This document shows, in pieces, positions 1 through 10,468 of a stretch of 64,000 nucleotides of DNA. Below the pieces are notes generated by a model. That model was not told the DNA's origin and did no database searches. It was given only the letters and a program-made list of their open reading frames with translations. The stretch's first letter is position 1. Every line of letters starts with the position of its first letter. Source of the DNA: Octopus sinensis (Eukaryota). The translations under genes and the position numbers were made by a program. The DNA is taken from positions 5,270,001-5,334,000 of the forward strand of contig NC_043008.1 in the NCBI RefSeq assembly GCF_006345805.1. Direction: 5' to 3'.

Positions 1-591
1 ACCAAAGGCCAACCAATCAGAGCAGTGGACACAACAGAGTCAAACTAGCCAAAGATGGCTGTAATCTCAAACAAGATCATTCTTATTGTGTCTCTCAAAC
101 AGTGAGGATATCAGATATGCTACACACCTGTTCTTTTAAATACATGAAAGAAAACTCTTGCGAAACCACTGCAGATACTTTCCCAAAGTTCCCTTGCATT
201 GCATATGGTAAACTCCCCAAATTGTTAAAAGAAGGCACAAAAAAGAGCAGCTCTGTCCATCTTGCTACTTCACCAAAGACAGTACAGAAAAGAAATCCGA
301 ACACACTGAAAGTTGGTGCTCTAGCATAGCTTCAGCCTCTGACCGAAACAGGTGTAAGGACTAAAGAACGTGTGTGTGTGCACACGTGTATACATTTATA
401 TATATATTTGTGTGTATACATCTATATATGTGTGTATATTTATGTCTATATATATGTGTGATATTTAGTGATTTACGGCATGCATATTACACTGTGTGTA
501 TAATACAGTGAATATAATTTAACGTTATCTATATGTTATGCTTAGTATACACGCCAATAATTGCGTTTTTATTTATTTTTTACTAACATAT

Positions 592-965
592 AGGCGTAGG
601 AGTGGCTGTGTGGTAAGTAGCTTGCTTACAAACCACATGGTTCTGGGTTCAGTCCCACTACGTGGCACCTTGGGCAAGTGTCTTCTATTATATCCTCGGG
701 CCAACCAAAGCCTTGTGAGTGGATTTGGTAGATGGAAAATGAAAGAAGCCTGTTGTATATATACTCTTTTACTTGTTTCAGTCATTTGACTGCGGCCATG
801 CTGCAGCACCGCCTTTAGTCGAGCAAATCGACCCTGGGATTTATTCTTTTGTAAGCCCAGTACTTATTCTATCGGTCTCTTTTGCCAAACCACTACGTGA
901 CGGGGACATAAACACACCAGCATCGGTTGTCAAGCAATGCTAGGGGGACAAACACAGACACACAA

Positions 966-1020
<55 letters not shown>

Positions 1021-1440
1021 TACGACAGGCTTCTTTCAGTTTCCGTCTACCAAATCCACTCACAAGGCATTGGTCGGCCCGGGGCTATAGCAGAAGACAC
1101 TTGCCCAAGATGCCACGCAGTGGGACTGAACCTGGAACCATGTGGTTGATTAGCAAGCTACTTACCACACAGCCACTCCTGCGCCTGATATATATATGTA
1201 TGTGTGTATGTATGTTTGTGTGTGTGTGTGTGTATATGTTTCTGTGTCTGTGTTTGTCCCCCCCAACATCACTTGACAACCGATGCTGGTGTGTTTATGT
1301 CCCTGTAACTTAGCAGTTCGGCAAAAGAGACCGATAGAATAAGTACTAGGCTTACAAAGAATAAGTCCTGGGGTTGATTTGCTCGACTAAAGGCGGTGTT
1401 CCAGTATGGCCAGAGTCTGACTGAAACAAGTAAAGAGTAA
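592..1440. mobile_element. tRNA-derived SINE (+) with a full copy of the same family inserted antisense (763-1187) into its central microsatellite
   Basis: Head(+) 592-762, tail and head(-) 763-1187, tail(+) 1230-1440. Other copies lie at 11113-11280, 21455-21875, 40070-40200 and 47480-47820. Confidence 0.85.
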
Positions 1441-1955
1441 AAAAAAGAGTTCTAGTGTTTTGTTTGTAAAAAACAACGAAGTTGTCTACTTAAAATACAT
1501 ACGTGCACACACACACATATATGACGGGCTCTTCCGTCGAAGACGTCATATTAGTATCAGCGAGAAAACAAATGAGGAAGAAAAAATATCCCATCAAGAA
1601 TCACGTAATAATAGCAGAGACAGAAACAGAAAAAAAAGCTGTCTGTTCTACCGGAAAACAATACTGGCACACAAATGGACAATCAACAACATACTCACAC
1701 TACTGTTACAACAATTTACCCATGTTTACAATTCATTCACTTCATATCAGTTGTCAGGCTTATTTTCCGATTTTCCCATAACTGACCTTGATTTCCTTTG
1801 AGTTTCAAAATTTTGAAACTGGAAAAAGTACTCTTTCTGCCAATCTGCACAGTTTCTCGCAAGATTCTCAAAGTTTCTTTTGTAATATTCAGATGTTTCA
1901 TTTTCAATCATTATTCATGTGGAGGATGTGCCCACATCACCGCATCTGAGACTTG

Positions 1956-2608
1956 GGATCTTTTCACTTTGACCGGCAGATTTTTAAAATAATTTCTTTG
2001 TAACTAAACACTTTAAAACTTCGTATACTGGTAGAATGTGTTACATAAAACATCTTTTTCTCTTGGCTTTCTTGAGAAAATTCTGTAGTTAGTAAGCTAT
2101 TTCTTGCACTTCGGCAATTTCAACCAATCAATGACGTCTATTGAGGTGAATACAATTTCTGCTGTTGTTTGTCAACAACAACTTTCTGCAGTCTATATTT
2201 AGTTTGTCCCTGTTATTTATGACATATTTCTTATCAGTTACGTTCATATGAATAAAAGATTATTGTTATTAAACTTTTATTAATAAACACACATTCTAAG
2301 TTCACAACATGCAGTTTTAATTTCCCTCTCTGTTGCACAGATACACACATTACATATTATATATTCGTTTAAGAAACAGATTGGGTTTATTTACATTTCT
2401 GAAGAAAAAAAGATACCCTTCCCCCCACCCCTAACCCTACTAAATGCAAGAAATTAAACAAGAAATAGCTTACAAACTACAGAATTTTCTCAAGAAAGCC
2501 AAGAGAAAAAGATGTTTTATGTAACACATTCTACCAGTATACGAAGTTTAAAAGTGTTTGGTTACAAAGAAATTATTTTAAAAATCTGCCAGTCAAAGCG
2601 AAAAGATC
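1956..2608. mobile_element. Long-TIR (~150 bp) foldback/MULE-like MITE with an internal CCCTAA motif
   Basis: TIRs begin GGATCTTTTCACTTTGACC; 9 bp TSD TGAGACTTG (1947-1955 and 2609-2617). Confidence 0.85.
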
Positions 2609-2850
2609 TGAGACTTGAACAAGAAAACTGCCGCTATACAAGGTAGTCTACACATTTCTAGGATAGTGCTATTTTTATCTCCATCATCCCATTTAACTTC
2701 GCATATTTGTCTAAGACATGTCATATGAAAGCTGTTCTGTTGACTAATGTGCATACGATAAGGGTTCTAGGACAAATGAATTCTATTTTTGTTCTGAGAC
2801 ATTATGGGCATTACCAAAGTTGATCATAAAGCTTTTCAAAAGCTGTACTA

Positions 2851-2966
2851 GCCAGGGATACAGGCATCCAGCAACAGGACCTCCGTAATGCTATGATGGA
2901 CCGTGAAGTCTGGCGTAGCATGGTAAATTCCGTTGTCTCGACCATGGTTGAACAATGATGATGATG
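2851..2966 (+). mobile_element. RTE LINE extreme 3' end with (ATG)n tail
   Basis: gatacaggcatccagcaacaggacctcc...aacaatgatgatgatg. Confidence 0.8.
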
Positions 2967-3734
2967 ACTAGCCTTTCCAATATGAGTTTGAACCTCCCTA
3001 TCGAGTTTAGCATCAAATATGTGAAAGCATGAACTGTTTTCAAAGCTTTGTTTTCTACAAATATGCTGGGCAAGGTTTCTAGATTATTACCAGGGTGTGG
3101 TTGATACAACAGATTTTTTATGCTAATAGTTAAGCTAAAAGATCAGGCTACTGCTGCAAATCTGAAATTGATGTACTGGGTGTTCTCTAGTGTATAAGCA
3201 ACTAGGGCGCACTCATCTACAAACAGTAAGTCTCTTATAGTTTGAGATGCAGCCTTTAGTCCTTAGTTTGAAACGTTGTTGATTGAAGGTGCCACCCGTT
3301 CTCCTGTCTTCAAGAAATAGTTTTACAAAATAGAATTTTCCATTTTCACAGCCCTGGGCAGATTTTCGGAAAACCCTGGTGTATATATATATATGTATAT
3401 ATATATGGAGGAGGCCCCCTTCGGTCATGAATGACTATGGGATTGCACCTAGAAAGTTACCCTCTGAGGCACAAGTCCGGGCAAGGTTGTTTATGGAAGA
3501 CCAGCAGTTGCCCATGCATACCAGCCTCCCCTCTCCACACCACTGATGTTATCCAAAGGAAAGGCAAAGGCCGATATGGCTAACCCTAACCCTTTTCTAC
3601 ATCAGAGAAGATACACTCCAGCATTACTATAAAATGTAGTGCAAATAATACTGGTGCCAAAACACAGCCTTATTTTATACCATTTTTAATATCGAAAGGC
3701 TGAGATTAAATGCCATTTGAGGGAACAGATGTCT

Positions 3735-3862
3735 CCATATCTTTATGCAAGGACACGATGACATTTAGCATTCGTTCAGGAATACCAAACTTTGCTAATA
3801 CTTTTCACAAAGTCTGCTGACATACATAGTCAAAGGCTTTTATAAGGTCAATAAATACCATA
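3735..3862 (-). mobile_element. RTE reverse transcriptase fragment
   Basis: VFIDLIKAFDYV...KVLAKFGIPERMLNVIVSLHKDM. Confidence 0.75.
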
Positions 3863-4186
3863 TAGATATATTTATTGTGCCCCCGGGTCTTCTCTTGGAC
3901 TTGTCACAAACTGAATATAATATCTAATATAGTGCCTTGACATGACTCTCTTGATAGATAGAACTGACTAAGTGTAAACTTACTCCAACTCTCTTGATGG
4001 ATAGAACTGACTAAGTGTTAATTCTGTTTAAGATGACTATAGAGAGAATTTTTCCTTAACAGAGAGCAGTAATATGCCAGGACGGTTGTCACATTCACAC
4101 TTATTACCTTTCTACATACACACACACACACACATTTATATATGTATGTATATGTATGTACATGTATACACACACATACATACATA

Positions 4187-4575
4187 CTCCGACGTCTGGC
4201 AGCTGACACCCATAAAATTATTAACCATCTTAAAACAATAACTCTGAGCACCTTTTCAAACTCCATCTGTCTAACACCTGTGGACATATTTACAAAGTCA
4301 GAAAACAGCACACAGCTCCCATGATTTTTGGAAACATTTTTTTCGTGCTAAGAGTTGCTGAAGTATGGAACAAACTGCCGGCATCAGTTGTTAGTCAAAA
4401 CTTCCATGCTTCCTGAGATTCGCCAACACTACACCTGATTTTCTCCCCTCCATACACACGCAAGCATGTATCTGACTCATACACTGTTCGCTTTCCAGAC
4501 ATTTGTACATTACTGCATATGCTTTATATGCACTTCTGACAATTTGTGATGCACCTGAGCACTGTATACGATGAT
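4187..4575 (+). mobile_element. CR1-clade LINE 3' end
   Basis: HKIINHL...HIYKVRKQH...RVAEVWNKLPASVV-like C-terminus across frameshifts, followed by a 3' UTR and an AT-rich tail. Confidence 0.7.
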
Positions 4576-5891
4576 TTCATTACTATTATACATACATACA
4601 TACATACATGTGTGTGTGTGTATGTATTAAGCATTAGGGCGTTGGAATGCCAACACCTATATGCTAGAAGTAGATGTCAAATGTTTACAAGCCACTTTAG
4701 ATTTGTTTTCTAATTCGAAATTCTTTACAAAATTTCTCATTTTGTAAATCTTCTTGCTCATTACCTTGCATTCGGCCTTGTGTTGTAATGGGTCGACTCT
4801 GCCTTTCATCCTTTTGGGGTCGATAAATTAAGTACCAGTTGCATACTTGGGTCGACCCAATTGACTGGCCCCCTACCCCAAAATTTCAGGTTTTGTTCCT
4901 AGAGTTGAAAAGAATATGAACCCTAAAGATTTTTAGGTGTTTTTCTTTCTTACACATAACACAGCCTTGTTCGGTTGGGACTACACATGCGTTACTTTGA
5001 TATCATCATTTCATAAAATTTGTTCATGAGGAGAAAAATATCAATAGATGTGTGAGTGAGAAAGAAATGAGGAGGAAGGTTTTGGGATATGCTAGAAACA
5101 ACAGCCAAATCTCCCTTAAATCACAAATTTTCCTCTGAAATTATTAACAATGTTGTTTTTTTTAAACCGAAAATATTTCTCTCGTGGGTTTTAAGTGCAT
5201 AGTGAAAAAAAAGATGGCCAAAATCGTTTCGAGGTGGTGAGGGGGTGGCAGGAGTGAAAAAACAAATTTTCAAAATTTTTTTTCTTTCTCTTTTTTCGGG
5301 AAAAGATACCTCCCATCATTATGAAGACTTTGGCGAAAAACATTGGAGGAAAAAGAAAAAAAAGTCCCCGTCAAAACGGAGAAATTCCAACTTATGTGGG
5401 CTGCCGCCTGGTCCGAAACTCTGTTTTCCAGAACCCCCCCACCTCCAAAAGTTTTCCCTACAAATTACTTTGCAATCGTAATCTACACTGTTTGAAAGGT
5501 AGTTGTATAAAATTTCATTAAAAAATACCTATTTTCCAGAAATTCATGAGGGGGAAAATGTCGGGTCCAGTGAATTTTATGAAACTCCTCTCCCCAACCC
5601 CTCAGAAAATCTTTTCCAACGAATCTTTACATACACTCAATCTACAGGGTATAAGCGATTATTTGGTGAAAGTTTCGTTAAAAAGTATCAATTCTTCTGG
5701 AGATTATGAGACAACAAAGTCGATTGGGTATTAAACTGTAGTTATGGCTTTTTTTCAATAAAAAAATTACCGTTAACAGATTCACGTCAACTTCTGTTAC
5801 ATTTTCAAAGAATTAACGATTAACGAAGTTACTTTTTGGTTAACTGATTAACAAATTTAACTTTTTGATTAACAGTGCCTATCTCTGTGTG

Positions 5892-5928
<37 letters not shown>

Positions 5929-6439
5929 AATAGTAAAAAGTGAAAAAACTACAGAAGGCTTGTTTTAAAAGGTTAAAAAATATATATTTGAGTCATTATG
6001 TCAGAAGAATGTTATAAATTTTTTTCATACAACTTTCTCATATATATATCTCTTATTATAAAAGGCAGATTTTATCTGCCACCCTTTGGGAGTTATACAA
6101 ATCTACAATATAGGATTTCTTCAATTACAATTTACCTAGCATTTTTAAGAGTACAATGCATCGCGTCATGCCAGGTCCAGTTTTTAAAATTTAAACTCCA
6201 ATTAAGCAAAATTTACAGAAAACTCACATTCTGGTGTGTGTGTCAAATGCTTTTCTTAGTTTGGTTTACACCACACGCAAACGCACACACACACAAAGGG
6301 AGCGAATTGTTTCACTGACGCTATCACCCTTCTCCTCCTTTGTCTTTGCAAGTTTGCAGCTATTAAAGTGAAAACAGTGAATCCGACAGCGATAAAGAAA
6401 ACGAATTGGTACCTGAATGGAGTGAAAATCTAAAAACTG

Positions 6440-6670
6440 TTTCTTTCGGTGAGTTTTCTGAAGAAACTGGACCAAGCCACAGACTTCCCAGAAGAGTAAA
6501 GCCTTAGACTATTTCTATTACTTTTTCGAATGAGCCTATTTGAAATCATTACGCTAAACGTAAACAAACCGAAAGAAAGGATAGTTTGTTATTTCCCACA
6601 ACCTTAAATGAAATTAAGGCCTATTTTGCCATAAATATTATTATGGGTATCAGAAAGTTACCCAGAATAA
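6440..6670 (+). pseudogene. piggyBac (PGBD4-like) transposase N-terminal fragment
   Basis: Across frameshifts it reads FSEETGPSHRLP...DYF... and PTTLNEIKAYFAINIIMGIRKLPRI, typical of the piggyBac T..EIKA....I.MG..KLP region. Confidence 0.7.
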
Positions 6671-6906
6671 CAAATTCTATCGTAAAATTTTGTTGTATAC
6701 CCAATTGAATATTAGCTAATAACCCATTTTCTATAGCGATGTTTGAACAAAATTTTAATAATTTTACAGAAAGTTACCCAGAATAACAAATTCTATCGTA
6801 AAATTTTGTTGTATACCCAATTGAATATTAGCTAATAACCCATTTTCTATAGCGATGTTTGAACAAAATTTTAATAATTTTACAGAAAGTTACCCAGAAT
6901 AACAAA
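6651..6906 (+). repeat. 116 bp tandem repeat, 2 copies plus a partial
   Basis: cagaaagttacccagaataacaaa recurs at 6651, 6767 and 6883. Confidence 0.95.
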
Positions 6907-7230
6907 CGAGCCCTTCTGGGTGTTAGCGCGCGTCTACGATGAGTCTACGATTTAAAAAAAAATTACCATCATATTTTTCCATTTTAATGCATTTTTTTCG
7001 CTTTTATATAAGGGAAGTAACTCTCTAAAAATATCTACGATGTGTCAACGATTTAAAGAAAAATTACCTTAATTTTTTTTGAATTTTTAATGCATTTTTT
7101 TGCTACTTTTTGGCTATAACTCTCTAAAAATGCTATATAGTTATTTCCCTTACAACCCGAGCAACGCCGGGCGATACTGCTAGTATATATATATATATAT
7201 ATATATACATAAATATACAAGGGAATTTTT

Positions 7231-7362
7231 TTTAACCACTATGTGGAAACCCTTATGCTAGAAGATCCGCTATGGTTTTAACCACTAAGAATTGTTAGTG
7301 GTTAAGACCATAGCGGATCTTCTTCCAGCATAAGGGTTTCCACATAGTGGTTAAAAAATTCC
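7231..7362. repeat. ~130 bp palindrome between two converging Helitrons
   Basis: ttaaccactatgtggaaaccc...gggtttccacatagtggttaa. Confidence 0.85.
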
Positions 7363-7469
7363 CTCTTATATTTATGTATGAAATACTATTTACTGAATCT
7401 CAGTTTTTTTATATGCTAGACCACTGGTGTTAAAATTGATGTTATCAAATTAATATCCAACTAACACTA

Positions 7470-7778
7470 TGCATGCACACATACACGCGAGTACTGTCCA
7501 AATCTCCAACCAAACACATACAGCTAGCTGGTATTCAATTGGCGTATCAAGTTTCAGGCATTTTGATTGGGTTTTGGATAGAAAATTCACAAAAAAGTCA
7601 CTTCTATTGATTTTTTAATGGCTTTGCAGGGTGACTGGGGAAATATAAAGATGTGCATGACCACCCTTGGATGGTTTTGAATGACCATAGAAAGTGCAAG
7701 CTCTCTAACTGAAAAATTGTGGATTTGTATAAAGGACACGCACACAGACAGACATTTTGCCGTTTATATATATAGAGA
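7470..7778 (-). mobile_element. 5' fragment of a non-autonomous Helitron family (paralog at 48094-48400, +)
   Basis: A|TCTCTATATATATAAAC start; ~300 bp shared with 48094-48400. Confidence 0.7.
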
Positions 7779-7920
7779 TTTTTTTCACCCTCATTTTGAT
7801 TATATATATATACTAGCAGAATTGCCCGGCGTTGCTCGGGGCTGAATTGCTTGAAAGTACTGTTAATGATTGCACTGAATTATGATGATTATTCAAGCAA
7901 ATATTGATATAAGTTTACGG

Positions 7921-8431
7921 TGGGAGATAAGGACTTAACGATCAAGCGTGTGCCATTGCATTGTTTTGGGGGAACCAAATTTCTGATGAGCATTATAGGG
8001 GCACCAACTTTAAGTTTGAGAAAGTGTGGTGGTAGTCCGGGGTGCTCAAAGGAATTGAGTACCTCTATTGGATAGTTGATGACGTCCTCTGGGTCAGGAG
8101 TTGTATCGATAGACTGATATACATAGACTTCCCCAGGAATGAGTTTTAGCATTTCATCATTAATATGGTGAACAGTTTTATTCCTCGGGGCCAGTATAGC
8201 CTTTTTGCCAATCCAATCCATATTCTGATAATTAGCTTGTAGATCTGGGAACACTGCATCTCTGAGATCAGAAGGCGTCTTAACAATGGTACAAATGGAA
8301 TCGATGGCAATATTACCATTTTCATCCCCTGGTATTTTGCCTTCGCCAAGTGCAAGGAGGGTGTGAGGAAATGCTGCTGATGTGATATTACGTCGCATAT
8401 GAGCACGCATATTGGTGTGAAGTTTGAGAGT
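7921..8431 (-). pseudogene. Helitron Pif1 helicase fragment, in-frame and near-identical to 45029-45538
   Basis: ORF 8410-7889 (MRAHMRRNITSAAF...LKLKVGAPIMLIRNLVPPKQCNGTRLIVKSLSP). Confidence 0.92.
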
Positions 8432-8650
8432 TACTTCCCTTTATTTAAAAAAATATGCATTAAAATGGAAAAAAATGGTAAATTATTTGTAAAATCATAG
8501 ACTCATCGTAGACGCGCGCTAATACCCAGAAGGGCTCGATATGAATGACGACTATAAGATACCCGGTTTTGGTTAAACTGCATCGCAAAATGTGGGAGTA
8601 GTTAGGAATCTAAATCGGAGTAGACAGACACACCTTTCTTTTATATATAA

Positions 8651-9235
8651 ATATATAAATACATTTAAATATCTATATACACTTTTGGGCGATCTTTCTG
8701 TTTCTTAGAGATAACTTTAGATCTTATTTCGTCCTAAAAAACTTTGTATGGAGTGAATGGTTACCTCTATGGAAATATATACACACACGTTATACATACA
8801 TGTGTGCATAGATGAATATATAAATACATTTATATATCTATATACACTTTTGGGCGATCTTTGTGCTACTTAGAGATAACTTTAGATCTTATTTTCATCC
8901 TAAAAACTTTGTGCGGAGTGAATGGTTACGTCTATAGAAATATATACACACACGTTATACATACATCTGTGTATAGATGAATATATAAATACATTTAAAT
9001 ATCTATATACACTTTTGGGCAATCTTTCTGCTACTTGTATATACTTTAGATGTTATATTCGTCCTAAAAAACTTTGTATGGAGTGAAAGGTTACCTCTAG
9101 GGAAATATATACACACACATTATACATACATCTGTGTATAGATGAATATATAAATACATTTAAATATCTATATACACTTTTGGGCGATCTTTCTGCTACT
9201 TGGATATAGGTCTTATATTCGTCCTAAAAAACTTT
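8651..9235. repeat. 165 bp tandem array, ~3.5 copies
   Basis: atatataaatacattta recurs at 8651, 8816, 8981 and 9146. Confidence 0.95.
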
Positions 9236-9733
9236 CCTGTCACACACTCACGCACACGCACACACACACACACGCACCCTCACACACACACACACACGCA
9301 CGTTAGCTTACAATTTTATTTATATATTTGCGTGTCTATGTGTGTAAAGAGGAGGTGGGAGGCAGAGTGAAAGAGTCACTCACTACAGAAAGTGAATTAC
9401 TTTCGCATTATTCTTTGCACACTGTGTGTGTGCATTTGCGTGTGCTGTATCCCACACTAAGAGAAGCATTTGACTCATACACCAGAATGTGAGTTTTCTC
9501 TAAATTTTGCTTAACTGGGGTTGAAATTTTAAAAAGTGGACCTGGCACGACCCGATGCATTCTACTCTTAAAAATGCTAGGTAAATTGTAATTGAAGAAA
9601 TCCTATATTGTAGATTTCTATAACTGACAAAGGGAGGCAGAGAAAATCTGCCTTTTATAATAAGAGATACCCCCACACACACATACATACATATAGCAAA
9701 TGCAGACATGATTACAGCTAAAATTAAACTTAC

Positions 9734-9812
9734 CCTTTTGGCAATCTTTTTCACTGCCCATTGGGTGTTATCTTTTTTATTCCGACAGGCATATACAACA
9801 GCACTGGCACCT
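9734..9812 (-). CDS. CAMK4: CaMKIV-like kinase, second coding exon (R-GASAVVYACRNKKDNTQWAVKKIAKR; glycine-rich loop to catalytic Lys)
   Basis: Acceptor tttcag|A completes the AGA codon from exon 1 (phase 2). The 79 nt exon ends at donor AGG|GTAAGT. It aligns to human CAMK4 GATSIVYRCKQKGTQKPYALKVLKKT. Confidence 0.88.
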
Positions 9813-9902
9813 CTGAAATTAAAGAATTAAGTTATAATCACTTAACAACAACAACAATGTTATTCAATTAAGATTAAGGAGTGGAAAATGAATATGAAAA
9901 TA

Positions 9903-10468
9903 TTGGGTTGTCCGGAAAGTTCGTGCCGATTTTTAAAGGAAAGAGAAAGGTCAATAAATACTTGCCATTACATTTTTAATCAAACAAATATTAACCATTT
10001 TGTTGCACAATGCATCTCCATCTTTCCTTTAACTTGAAAATACCCTCTTCCCAGAATTGAGGTGGTTTTATGGCAAAGAATTTGTTAAGGTATCTTTTTA
10101 CGTCATCCAAGGAATTGAAATTTTTACCATTAAGACTATTCTGCAGAGACCTGAATAAGTGGAAATCCAAAGGAGCAATATCTGGTGAATATGGAGGGTG
10201 GGGTAACACATCCAAGCAGAGCAGCAGCAATTTTTGTCTGGTTCCCAAAGCATCAAGTGCCGAAAATGAACTTTCTTATCTTCCATTTTAAAGGGTTACA
10301 GAATTAACACAGGTTATAGGAATATAAACCTTCTTTCATGAAAAGATAGCTTATAGTGTGCTTTAAATGGAGGTATAGTCAAATCCTGCTTTATGGACTC
10401 AGCCATGTTCTAAAATAAGTCAAAAGGTAAGCTACTATAAATCGGCACGAACTTTCCGGACAACCCAA
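9903..10468 (-). mobile_element. Mariner deletion derivative (566 bp) retaining the transposase C-terminus
   Basis: TIRs ttgggttgtccggaaagttcgtgccgatt with TA TSDs; translation includes HPPYSPDIAPLDFHLFRSLQN. Confidence 0.93.

Larger units (their letters stand above)
6049..7183 (+). mobile_element. Non-autonomous Helitron carrying a piggyBac transposase fragment and a 116 bp tandem duplication
   Basis: A|TC 5' end (TCTCTTATTATAAAAGG); 3' hairpin cccgagcaacgccggg plus CTAG|T at 7180-7183. Confidence 0.85.
7813..9667 (-). mobile_element. Composite non-autonomous Helitron (5' end, 165 bp array, captured helicase fragment, 3' end)
   Basis: A|TC 5' end at 9667 is homologous to 6049-6360. The 3' hairpin plus CTAG|T at 7816-7813 is nearly identical to the end of the 46655 element. 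It may be two nested elements, since a second 5'-like TATATATAAAAG lies near 8650. Confidence 0.8.

Noticed and set aside
1750-1930. Short protein-like minus-strand reading frame (MIENETSEYYKRNFENL...)
   Set aside because: It has no recognisable motif or supporting splice sites, and is likely a TE remnant or chance.
5770-5887. hAT-like terminus with GTTAA subterminal repeats
   Set aside because: Only one end is visible and no TSD was found, so it is not annotated as an element.
1-9733. CAMK4 exon 3 (expected VDKKIVRTEIG...HPNI-like)
   Set aside because: I could not find it by eye; it is presumably left of the window.
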